A DNA stretch of 64,000 bases from Anaeroplasma bactoclasticum (GTDB taxonomy: Bacteria; Bacillota_I; Bacilli_A; ML615J-28; CAG-313), in the NCBI GenBank assembly GCA_023667245.1, contig JAMPAL010000003.1, positions 34,173 through 98,172 on the forward strand, read 5' to 3'. Under the pieces are notes generated by a model that was not told the DNA's origin, ran no database searches, and saw only the letters and a program-made list of their open reading frames with translations. Shown here in pieces: positions 9,061 to 17,725 of the stretch. The position numbers and the translations under genes are program-made. Each line of letters begins with the position of its first letter. The first letter of the stretch is position 1.

Positions 9061-9148
9061 ATTTTCCTCCTCATATCATTTGTTCGATTTTTTTTACTTT
9101 TTTATTATATCAAAAAGGAAAGCATTTTTCAATTGATTAACTAATGAT

Positions 9149-9177
9149 TTGCATATTTTTTGGTTTTTGACTATAAT
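9149..9177 (+). promoter_or_regulatory. sigma-A type promoter of ispH (TTGCAT-17-TATAAT)
   Basis: TTGCAT at 9149-9154, a 17-nt spacer, TATAAT at 9172-9177. An RBS GAGGTGAAGG precedes the ATG at 9202. Confidence 0.65.
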
Positions 9178-9201
9178 AGTTTTAATGATTGAGGTGAAGG
9201 T

Positions 9202-10122
9202 ATGCAAAAAATTATAAAATTACAAGATGTTGGCTTTTGTTATGGCGTTAAGCGTTCTATTGAACTTGCTACTCAAATTGCAAATGATCCAAATATTCCT
9301 CGTCCTATCTACTTGTTAGGAAATTTGGTACACAATAGACATATTACAACATATCTTACTTCTATTGGCATCATCACACTAGAAAACGGGACTAGACTTG
9401 AAATGTTAGATGGCATTCAACAAGGAACCGTGGTGATTACCGCACATGGTGTTGCTCCTTCTGTGGTTGAGAAAGCCAAATCCAAAAACCTCTATATTGT
9501 TGATACAACTTGTCCTTATGTAAAAAAAACATTTGAAAAAATGGAGCAAAAAATAAATGAAAATTATGATATTATTTTTATTGGGAAAGATAATCACCCA
9601 GAAACTGAAGCTGCAAAAGAGCTTTCTAAGCGTGTCCATATCATTGGTGAATTAGAGCGAGGTTTACCACTCCAAAAAGTAGCTCTTTGTCATCAAACTA
9701 CCTTTTCTTCTTACGATATTGACACCATTTATCAAGAATTATTGTTATCTTATCCTCATTTGGAAAAATTAGATATGGTATGCAAAGTAACTGAAAAAAG
9801 ACAACAGGCTCTTTTAAATTTACAATTTCACCCATTCTTATCTCCTTCTTTGATTCTTGTTGTTGGAGATGCTTTAAGTAATAACTCTACTAAACTTGTT
9901 GAAATGGCCAAACGAATTGGAAAATGTGATGTCCTTTTTGTGAGCTGTGTGGAAGAATTGGACTTGAGTCAGTTAAAGCAATATCAAGAAATTTGGATTA
10001 CAAGTGGCACTTCTACTCCTAGTAGCATTGTTGATGAAATTGAAAGAGTCTTACTTGAATTATTTTCTCACCATCAAAAACACACCTCATCTCAATTGCA
10101 TACTAGTGATTATATTAAGTAA
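9202..10122 (+). CDS. ispH: 4-hydroxy-3-methylbut-2-enyl diphosphate reductase
   Basis: 306 aa: GFCYGVKRSIELA, VHNRHI, TAHGVAPSV, DTTCPYVKK and the conserved Cys/His Fe-S ligand pattern of IspH/LytB. Confidence 0.9.
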   Translation: MQKIIKLQDVGFCYGVKRSIELATQIANDPNIPRPIYLLGNLVHNRHITTYLTSIGIITLENGTRLEMLDGIQQGTVVITAHGVAPSVVEKAKSKNLYIVDTTCPYVKKTFEKMEQKINENYDIIFIGKDNHPETEAAKELSKRVHIIGELERGLPLQKVALCHQTTFSSYDIDTIYQELLLSYPHLEKLDMVCKVTEKRQQALLNLQFHPFLSPSLILVVGDALSNNSTKLVEMAKRIGKCDVLFVSCVEELDLSQLKQYQEIWITSGTSTPSSIVDEIERVLLELFSHHQKHTSSQLHTSDYIK

Positions 10123-10148
10123 TGGATTTATGTTTTTAAAATATAAAA

Positions 10149-10192
10149 AGCATCTCTTTTGAGGATACTCAAAGGAGATGCTTTTCTTTTTT
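10149..10192. terminator. bidirectional rho-independent terminator between ispH and the giant surface-protein gene
   Basis: 15-bp inverted repeat agcatctcttttgag / ctcaaaggagatgct (one mismatch) flanked by T-runs on both strands. Confidence 0.7.
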
Positions 10193-10224
10193 AATGGAAA
10201 AGAAACTATGCCATTTTTTACAAA

Positions 10225-13200
10225 TTATCTTGCAAATACACCATTGTTCCAAATTTTGCTAGCACTATATGTGCCATCCCATTGTTCCCAAGTGGTTGTA
10301 CCAGGAATAATGCTTGATAATGTAATGGTTCTTGTTTCACCACCCAATTCAACAGTAACTTCATACGATACTGTTGTTGTAATAGTAGGAGCATGAACAA
10401 CGCGACCAGTATTATCTACAATTTCAGGATTATTTGATTTCATTGTAATCTTCGCTGCACTATAATTCTTTTGAATTTCATATTGCAACTCAACCATTTC
10501 CATGAAATTATTCCAATAATCACCTGCAATTATTGTCTGTGGACAATTCTTACCTGTCCACGTATTGTGCATTTTTACTCTTGTTGGATCTAATTGATTA
10601 CGAATAAGGATATCTGCTACAAGTTGGGCAGTTCTTTGCCATGTATCATAAATATCACCTGATAAATTAGAACACATTTCAATACCAATGGAATTATTGT
10701 TACCACCACGAGAACCAATTGTTCTATAACTTGATGAATACCATAATGGTCCACCAATATAGTAATAACCATTTTCTACCTTCCAAGTTGGTCCAAGATG
10801 GCTTAAATCCTTTACAGAAGGTGCAGCACCATTTACTGTAGGTACTTCAATTTGTGTCGCTGTACCATTTAATGTTAAATAATATGCTGAACCATTTTGA
10901 ACAATACCAAATACAGGAGCTACATTCAATGTTGCAGCTACATTTGTTTTTGTCCAAGTAAATGTTGCAGTTGTACCATCACCTGCATGATATGCAATAT
11001 ATTTTTCTGGAACTACTCCATAAATTGCATCATTACCTACTGTATAGTGAATAGATGTTTCTCCACTTGACATACCTTGTGCAATGGATACTACTGTACC
11101 TGTAAGCGTTGCTGTATCATGAACAGTAACGAATTCAATTGTATCTACACTACGGCGTGACTTATGATTATTTGGGTTAGCTTCACTTGTCGCATAATAT
11201 GTTTCATCTACTTTAAATGCATCGAATAAATATTTGTTTACGCTACCATATGTTGAAACATATACTCTTTCTACACCATCATTATATAAAGATACATTAC
11301 CTGTTTCAACTACTGCAAAATTATTTTTAGCAAGTAATGCAACTAAACGATCAATTTCAGTATCTTCTAGATATGTCTTTACTGTGATACGAATAGAAAT
11401 ATTAATATTTGTATTTGCAACTGCAACCATTACATAGGCTTCTCCTTCTGTAAGCGCAGTAATTAATCCCGTTTCGGATACTGTTAAAATGTTTGTGTCA
11501 CTAGATGTGTATGTTAATGCTGCATTTTCCATTCCTTTACCAAATGCTTGAGCAACTATTTGAAGTGTTTCACCAGGTTGAATGGCACCACTATAGTTTC
11601 TATCAAAATCAACACTTATAGATTGAATTGGATAAATCGTAATCTCTTTTTGAGTTGAAATTTTTCTCAAATAATCATAAATGGTAACTGTAGCCTTACC
11701 CGCATTAATAGCTGTAATTAAACCAGTGCTAGATACAGTTAGAATGTCTGTATTACTAGACTCATAGAATAATTGTTTAAAATAAGCTTCACTAGGTTCT
11801 ACACTAGCTTCAATTTGGAATGTTTCTCCAGTTAATAATTCATCACAAATTGCATCTACTTTTATTCCTGTTACTGGATTTAATTGTTCCCATTTTGCAT
11901 ATAAGGTAACATTGCCTTTTAATGTGTCAAGGTTTGGATAATATGTATCATTTTCATCAAACCATCCCAAGAATTTATAACCTAAATAACCAGGTTGAAT
12001 TAAAGCATCACTATATCTTGCACTTACAGTCAATTGATTGCCTGCAGGTACTGCATCAAAGAAACATACTGTTCCTGGATCATCCGCTGTAATATCCTCA
12101 ATTGGTTTACTAAATGCTACCATTTGTCCTACTTTTAATTTTTGAGTAACTGGATTAATACTACCCCAATAATTATTATAGGAATTAGAAATTGTAATCA
12201 AATATTCCGCACCCTCTGGCCAAGAAGAAGCACCAGATGAAACTACTTTTACGATTTCATATAAACCAGTTTCTTCATTTTTACCAATATAAATACGATC
12301 AGAGAACGTTGCTGCAGGATCATAACTACTTGTACCAATAAAAATATCGGTTGTATATTTTCCACCCCAGAAAGTACCATTATTATAATTATAATTATTA
12401 ATGGTTAAACTTGGTGCATCTCCTCTATTTGCCATTAATAATTCTTCTGAATATCCTCCATTGAATACGTAGGTCACTTCGTAAATTTCACCTTCTAATT
12501 GTTTCCATGATGCAACAAGACTTAAATTTCCTCTTGATGTAACTGGGATTTCCGTAACATATTCATCGTTTAAGAGCCATCCTAAAAATTGATAATTTTC
12601 TTTTACCAAAGTAGGTAAAGTTATCGCTTTGTCCATCATATTGGTATAACCATTTACTAGGCTTCCTTTTACTGTACCTCCACCTAATTCATATGAAATG
12701 GTGTAAAACTCTAGTGGCTCAACAACCGCTACACCAGGTTTAGTAGATAAGGTTGTACCATATGTACTTAAGTGTTGGAAATAAGATGCATAAGGTGTTA
12801 AATCAGTAATGACATTACCTGCATTATCTTCATAATAGTTTTCACCAAATATAGCCAAGTGTGGATTAGTTGTAGCGGTATCACTTCCACGATATGTGCC
12901 AAAATAATGCGTTTCAGGTAAACCTAAAAATGAATTATTTTGAACAGTACAACTCCAAATGCTTGCATTTGCACCATTATTGCGCAAGTACATATAGTTA
13001 TAACAATGATCAAATGTATTATTTTCAATCACCCAATTGGTTTTATTCTCTTGATAAATATTACAAGCTATTGCACCATTGAATTTTTCAGCAGTAGTAT
13101 CTTTTGTACCTAGGTTTTTAAATACATTATTTTTAATGATTGCCTCAGTTTTTGTACCTGCTGCACCCGCAATGGCATAGAAGAAAATACCATTATAGCC

Positions 13201-16200
13201 GTTGCCAGATACTGTTTGTTCAAAAATATTATTGGTAAATGAGAATACACCGTAATTGTATCCACCTTCAAAACGAATCGCATCACGTCCAAAATCTTTA
13301 AATACATTGCCATCAAATGCTGCATTAATCGCACGATTTAACAAAATATTGGTTGCTTGAACATTTTCAAATAAATTATTTTTAAAACTAAAATTACTGG
13401 TCGTACCACCACTTGCCATTTTGAATTCAATGAATCCATCTGCAACGTATCTGTTCAATCCCCATACCGTTGTAGCATCTGCTGTGTCATACACTTTATT
13501 ATTCACAAATGTAAAGCCACTATATGCTTTATCTTGAGCATTCTTAATTGAACCACCTTCAGTAAAAGCAAGTCCATCAATAGTTAAATTTGTAGCTATA
13601 GCATCTACTTTAATAACACCTTTATAAATCGCTTCTTCTTTTCTCGTATCTTTATTTGGATTAACACCTGCATTTGGACCGACAATTGTCAAGTTAGCAA
13701 TTGAAATTGTTACATTTTCATTATACTCTCCTGCCAAAAGGATGATTTTATCTCCTTCCTTAGCATGAGCAAGTGCTTCTGCTAAAGTTGGATAAATCCA
13801 ATCTTCTGTACCATTTCCAACATATAAAGCATCTTCTCTATATCTAGCTACTAAAACAATATCCCCTTGTGTACCCGCTGGGATAGATTCAATTAATTCT
13901 CCATTGAAATACCAACCAAGGAAAATCATACCATCCATAGTAGGAATAGGAAGTGAGGCCAACCCTGTACTTGGATTATAACTTGTTGGAGCACCGTTTG
14001 GTAATGTTCCACCACCTAATACATATTCAATGGTATTGGTTTGTACTGGTTCTCCATATACAGGTACTTCAGCATCGCTTGTATAATAAGGTTCCCATAC
14101 ACTTACGCCACTAAAATGAGCAGCAGTTGGTGTCTTATCATAATAGTTATTTGAAGCATCGATATAATTTCCTGAATTTTTACCATTATCAGAAACAAAT
14201 TTTGTATTTAAACATCCGTAAATCTTATTATAATTGACATGAGCTACCAAGCTATTTTCATCTAATCCAGCAGCTTGAATTCTTGCAAGGATACCAGATT
14301 GCTTTGTTGTATTATAAAGTACATCAATTGTAACCTTATTTGTACCATTTACACTTGCATAAGTTGCAAAAGTAAAGCAGCCATTGTTATAGTTTGCATA
14401 AACTCCACTGTCTTCAAAAATGTTATTTTGTAAAGAATATGTTCCTTCTGCATAAGTTCCAAACCAAACAGGATATTGCTTAAAGTCAACAAACGTATTG
14501 CTTAAAATTTGAACATCACCCATGATATCAAACTTTAATTTTGTGTTAGCATTGAATTTTAAACCATCATTGTATTGACCACTACTACTTGTACCATGGA
14601 ATTCACAATTTTCAATGGTAATGCCATTTAATTGCGTAGCATACATGATCATCGCTCTACCGCTTCTTGCTTTCATCAACATATTAGCTATATACGTGTT
14701 AGAATAAACAACAGTATCTACATTTGGTATGAAATAAAGTGGTGCATTGGTACTACCATCAATAGTTGAATCCTCTACTAAAACATTGATAATTTTAAGA
14801 TTATCTACTGATGCATCTGGATTAGCCACAATTCTTGCACTTCCAGTAAGTTGTATACCATCCAATGTTACATCGTCTGCACAAACTACAATATCTCCTG
14901 TAAAAATAGTTTCTGCTGTTCTTGCTTGCTTAACTGGATTTACGCCACAATTTTCACCCCTAATGGTTACCGATTTCGTTACTTTTATGCCGCCAAATGT
15001 GCCTGCAACAATCACAATTGTATCTCCATCATTTGCAGCATCAAGAGCAGCTTCTATTGTTGCATAGGCATTCGCATCATTTGAATCAACAAGTAATTCT
15101 TTTGGTCCTTCACTACCTTGTTCTTTTTCCCATTTCGCAGTAAAAGTAAGATTGCCTGTCATCTCTTCGGTAATCGATTCTACTTTTACTTCACCTGCAT
15201 ACCAACCTAAGAATTTAAATCCTTCCTTTGTTGGTTGTGGAAGCAATAATTCCTGGCCTTCTGTATATTCTGTTGGCAGATTTTCACATACTCCACCATC
15301 TAAAATAAATTCAAGGTGAGATTTTATCACTATTTTTTCCCATTTCGCAGTAAGAGTAAGATCGCCTATCATCTCTTCGGTAATCGATTCTACTTTTACT
15401 TCACCTGCATACCAACCTAAGAATATATAGCCTTCTTTAGTTGGAGTTGGTAAAGTAAAGACTGTACCTTTTGTATATACTGTTGGTAGATTTTCACATA
15501 CTCCACCATCTAAATCATATGTAATAGTATATTCAATCGCTGACCATTTCGCAGTGAGAGTGAGATTACCTTTCGTATTTGAAGTAATCATCTCAATTTT
15601 TTCTTCACCCATATACCAACCTAAGAATGTGTAACCATTTTTTGTTGGTATAGGTAATTCAAGAGCTGTACCAGTTTCATATGTTGCAGGTAAGTTCTCA
15701 CATACTCCACCATCTAGTATATATTCAAGTGTATATGTATCTGCTTCATATTTTGCAGTAAGGGTAAGATTACCTTTCGTTTCTTCAGTAATAGATTCTA
15801 CCTTTTCTTCACCCATATACCAACCTATAAATGTATAACCTTCTTTAATAGGCACTGGTAATGCTAATTCCATACCTTCTGTATATTCAGTTGGTAAATC
15901 ATCACATACTCCACCATCTAGTATATATTCAATACTATATACTGACTTTACGACTTCTACATTTAACGTGTATTCACGATACTGATTTGCATCTAGTGGA
16001 TAAGTCACTCTCACTACAATTTGTGCTTCCCCTAATGCTTTTGCATATACATTTCCCTCAGCATCTACTGAAAGAATATTTTCATCAGAAGAAGTAAAAG
16101 TAACAATAGAGTCTGTACTATCTGATGCAAGTCGATATGTAACTACTGTTGTCTCTCCTACTGTTAACTTTTGTTTTACTGAAAAATCACCTTGTAGTGA

Positions 16201-16539
16201 CTTCGTAAACCGAACTGTAACTTTTGCTGTAATATAAGCTAAGGGTTGTTCTATCGCATAAACACGAATCGTAGTCTCCCCTTCACGAATGGCTTGAATC
16301 TCGCCATTTACAAAAGTTGCAACTGTTTCATCCTCACTTCTGAAACCAAGTTCAGTTTCATAAGGATTGTTACCCTTTGTAATTGTCGCTTGTACTTTTA
16401 TACTTGTGCCAGCTTCCAAAGTATACACTTTTTCATCCAATTCAATATGAATGACTTCAGCTGGATTACAAGAGGCAAAAACCAAAAGTAAACCAAAAAT
16501 AACAAAAATGAATGATAATTTTTTACCTAAATTTTTCAT
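10225..16539 (-). CDS. giant (2104 aa) cell-surface lipoprotein: Big_2 Ig-like domains + Listeria-Bacteroides repeats + right-handed beta-helix (pectate-lyase-like) region + C-terminal amidase_2 (N-acetylmuramoyl-L-alanine amidase/PGRP) domain
   Basis: Signal peptide with lipobox (LLVFASC). Four 72-aa List-Bact repeats (DGGVCENLP...GYTFLGWY...LTLTAKW). Many NNxF/NNK beta-helix (PbH1-like) repeats. Further List-Bact and Big_2 modules. A C-terminal block VTVHDTA...SIHYTVGNDAIYGVVPEKYIAYHAG...NSIGIEMCSN...HNTWTGKNCP matches amidase_2 zinc-ligand motifs (coords about 10570-11440). Confidence 0.8.
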   Translation of the reverse strand: MKNLGKKLSFIFVIFGLLLVFASCNPAEVIHIELDEKVYTLEAGTSIKVQATITKGNNPYETELGFRSEDETVATFVNGEIQAIREGETTIRVYAIEQPLAYITAKVTVRFTKSLQGDFSVKQKLTVGETTVVTYRLASDSTDSIVTFTSSDENILSVDAEGNVYAKALGEAQIVVRVTYPLDANQYREYTLNVEVVKSVYSIEYILDGGVCDDLPTEYTEGMELALPVPIKEGYTFIGWYMGEEKVESITEETKGNLTLTAKYEADTYTLEYILDGGVCENLPATYETGTALELPIPTKNGYTFLGWYMGEEKIEMITSNTKGNLTLTAKWSAIEYTITYDLDGGVCENLPTVYTKGTVFTLPTPTKEGYIFLGWYAGEVKVESITEEMIGDLTLTAKWEKIVIKSHLEFILDGGVCENLPTEYTEGQELLLPQPTKEGFKFLGWYAGEVKVESITEEMTGNLTFTAKWEKEQGSEGPKELLVDSNDANAYATIEAALDAANDGDTIVIVAGTFGGIKVTKSVTIRGENCGVNPVKQARTAETIFTGDIVVCADDVTLDGIQLTGSARIVANPDASVDNLKIINVLVEDSTIDGSTNAPLYFIPNVDTVVYSNTYIANMLMKARSGRAMIMYATQLNGITIENCEFHGTSSSGQYNDGLKFNANTKLKFDIMGDVQILSNTFVDFKQYPVWFGTYAEGTYSLQNNIFEDSGVYANYNNGCFTFATYASVNGTNKVTIDVLYNTTKQSGILARIQAAGLDENSLVAHVNYNKIYGCLNTKFVSDNGKNSGNYIDASNNYYDKTPTAAHFSGVSVWEPYYTSDAEVPVYGEPVQTNTIEYVLGGGTLPNGAPTSYNPSTGLASLPIPTMDGMIFLGWYFNGELIESIPAGTQGDIVLVARYREDALYVGNGTEDWIYPTLAEALAHAKEGDKIILLAGEYNENVTISIANLTIVGPNAGVNPNKDTRKEEAIYKGVIKVDAIATNLTIDGLAFTEGGSIKNAQDKAYSGFTFVNNKVYDTADATTVWGLNRYVADGFIEFKMASGGTTSNFSFKNNLFENVQATNILLNRAINAAFDGNVFKDFGRDAIRFEGGYNYGVFSFTNNIFEQTVSGNGYNGIFFYAIAGAAGTKTEAIIKNNVFKNLGTKDTTAEKFNGAIACNIYQENKTNWVIENNTFDHCYNYMYLRNNGANASIWSCTVQNNSFLGLPETHYFGTYRGSDTATTNPHLAIFGENYYEDNAGNVITDLTPYASYFQHLSTYGTTLSTKPGVAVVEPLEFYTISYELGGGTVKGSLVNGYTNMMDKAITLPTLVKENYQFLGWLLNDEYVTEIPVTSRGNLSLVASWKQLEGEIYEVTYVFNGGYSEELLMANRGDAPSLTINNYNYNNGTFWGGKYTTDIFIGTSSYDPAATFSDRIYIGKNEETGLYEIVKVVSSGASSWPEGAEYLITISNSYNNYWGSINPVTQKLKVGQMVAFSKPIEDITADDPGTVCFFDAVPAGNQLTVSARYSDALIQPGYLGYKFLGWFDENDTYYPNLDTLKGNVTLYAKWEQLNPVTGIKVDAICDELLTGETFQIEASVEPSEAYFKQLFYESSNTDILTVSSTGLITAINAGKATVTIYDYLRKISTQKEITIYPIQSISVDFDRNYSGAIQPGETLQIVAQAFGKGMENAALTYTSSDTNILTVSETGLITALTEGEAYVMVAVANTNINISIRITVKTYLEDTEIDRLVALLAKNNFAVVETGNVSLYNDGVERVYVSTYGSVNKYLFDAFKVDETYYATSEANPNNHKSRRSVDTIEFVTVHDTATLTGTVVSIAQGMSSGETSIHYTVGNDAIYGVVPEKYIAYHAGDGTTATFTWTKTNVAATLNVAPVFGIVQNGSAYYLTLNGTATQIEVPTVNGAAPSVKDLSHLGPTWKVENGYYYIGGPLWYSSSYRTIGSRGGNNNSIGIEMCSNLSGDIYDTWQRTAQLVADILIRNQLDPTRVKMHNTWTGKNCPQTIIAGDYWNNFMEMVELQYEIQKNYSAAKITMKSNNPEIVDNTGRVVHAPTITTTVSYEVTVELGGETRTITLSSIIPGTTTWEQWDGTYSASKIWNNGVFAR
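15121..15960. repeat. intragenic tandem DNA repeats (about 216 bp x4) encoding the List-Bact repeat modules of the giant lipoprotein
   Basis: Near-identical stretches, for example ttctttttcccatttcgcagtaa(a/g)agtaagat(t/c)gcct(g/a)tcatctcttcggtaatcgattctacttttacttcacctgcataccaacctaagaat, at 15121 and again at about 15337. Two more diverged copies follow. Confidence 0.8.
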
Positions 16540-16699
16540 CTTTTTTTCTTTCCTTTCTTTTTGATTGCTTTATTATTATAGCACTCTTTACGAAAGTTTG
16601 CAAGCGTTTACATATTTTTATTGTCATTATTATCCATTTCATATAAAAAAACTACTGATAAATATCAGTAGTTTTTTATTCAATACACGATAATGTAAA

Positions 16700-16933
16700 T
16701 TAGTCAATCCACCAAATTGGTTTGCCAAGAATGACACAAATTAGATCAACAATCCACAAAATAACGAACCCACCACAAAGTAATAATACTACAGCTAAAA
16801 TGATGCCAAGTACATTTCCAGCAGCAATGGATTTGAATAATCTTAATAGGTTACCATAAGCGCCCCATAAAATTACAAGTAGCAAACGTACTATCCAAGG
16901 AAGTCCTTCTAATGTTGAAACTACTTTTTTCAT
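16700..16933 (-). CDS. small two-TM membrane protein, hypothetical
   Basis: 77 aa with two hydrophobic helices and a terminal WWID. It sits immediately downstream of the PII-like pair on the same strand. Confidence 0.35.
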   Translation of the reverse strand: MKKVVSTLEGLPWIVRLLLVILWGAYGNLLRLFKSIAAGNVLGIILAVVLLLCGGFVILWIVDLICVILGKPIWWID

Positions 16934-17031
16934 TTTTATTTCCTCCTGTTTTATTATTTCACATTTGAGTATGACTCAAATGTGACGCAATTATCATTAT
17001 AACCAAAAAATTTTTTTTGTCAATCATAAGG

Positions 17032-17334
17032 CTAATTGCTAATACCAATAGCATCATCTACTGGAAGCGAAAAAGTAACCGTATGTGCTTGTGTACCTAC
17101 ACCATGTTTTCTAGATATCGATTGCATAATAGGCGCCTTTAATGCTTCATCTGTGATAATCATAATGATATCTTTTTCTGGTTGTATCGTAATTCCTAAA
17201 AAATGTTCACTATCTTTTTGTGCAGATCCTCTTGCATGAATGATGGTACCCCCTTTTGCTCCTGCATCTTTGGCTGTACGCATAACTTCGTCTGCACTAC
17301 CACTATTACAAATAGCAAGAATTAAATGACGCAT
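17032..17334 (-). CDS. PII-like (GlnB-fold) signal-transduction protein, copy 2
   Basis: 100 aa: MRHLILAICNSGSADEVMRTAKDAGAKGGTIIHARGSAQKD... resembles PII/DUF190-type proteins (beta-alpha-beta core and T-loop region). It starts 1 nt after the stop of the preceding PII-like gene. Confidence 0.55.
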   Translation of the reverse strand: MRHLILAICNSGSADEVMRTAKDAGAKGGTIIHARGSAQKDSEHFLGITIQPEKDIIMIITDEALKAPIMQSISRKHGVGTQAHTVTFSLPVDDAIGISN

Positions 17335-17335
17335 A

Positions 17336-17725
17336 CTACTGTTCCTCCTTTTGTTCGTTTGAAGTCGAGTGAGACATCGTCAGTTTGGTCTCACGCAAAA
17401 TTTCTTCTAAAACACTTTGCCCCGCAATACTATCTAATGGAATTGTACAAGCCACACCATGTCCTGGCTGATCTAGATGCATTTCTATGCGCAAGGCATC
17501 TAACATAAATGGCACAATATCCGTAGGAGCTACCGATAAGACCACTTCTTTTTCTATTTCACCAAAACCAATATATTCAAAAATTTCTTTTGGCGCCGTT
17601 CCTTTTCCATAAATAATTTGATGGTAATGACATCCTACTTCTTCTAATATTTTTACAACTTGATTACCAAGGCCACGGTCAACTATAATGACAAATAATC
17701 GCATACCAGTGATTTTTCTATTCAT
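17336..17725 (-). CDS. PII-like (GlnB-fold) signal-transduction protein, copy 1
   Basis: I chose the start at MNRKITGMRLFVIIVDRGLGNQVVKILEEVGCHY because a GGAGG lies 9 nt upstream; the longer ORF-track start has no RBS. It overlaps the DUF1538 gene stop by 8 nt. Confidence 0.55.
   Translation of the reverse strand: MNRKITGMRLFVIIVDRGLGNQVVKILEEVGCHYHQIIYGKGTAPKEIFEYIGFGEIEKEVVLSVAPTDIVPFMLDALRIEMHLDQPGHGVACTIPLDSIAGQSVLEEILRETKLTMSHSTSNEQKEEQ

Noticed and set aside
15121-15960. Possible CRISPR array suggested by regularly spaced direct repeats
   Set aside because: The repeats are about 216 bp, lie in frame inside a coding sequence (protein repeat modules), and have no short unique spacers or leader. 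No cas genes are present in the window.
10225-16539. Many short plus-strand ORFs (for example 11234-11437, 12894-13082, 14747-15084, 15861-16097, 16246-16491) and the minus ORFs 10218-10400 and 13110-13334
   Set aside because: All are embedded antisense or out-of-frame within the 2104-aa gene and consist of low-complexity translations typical of AT-rich antisense frames.
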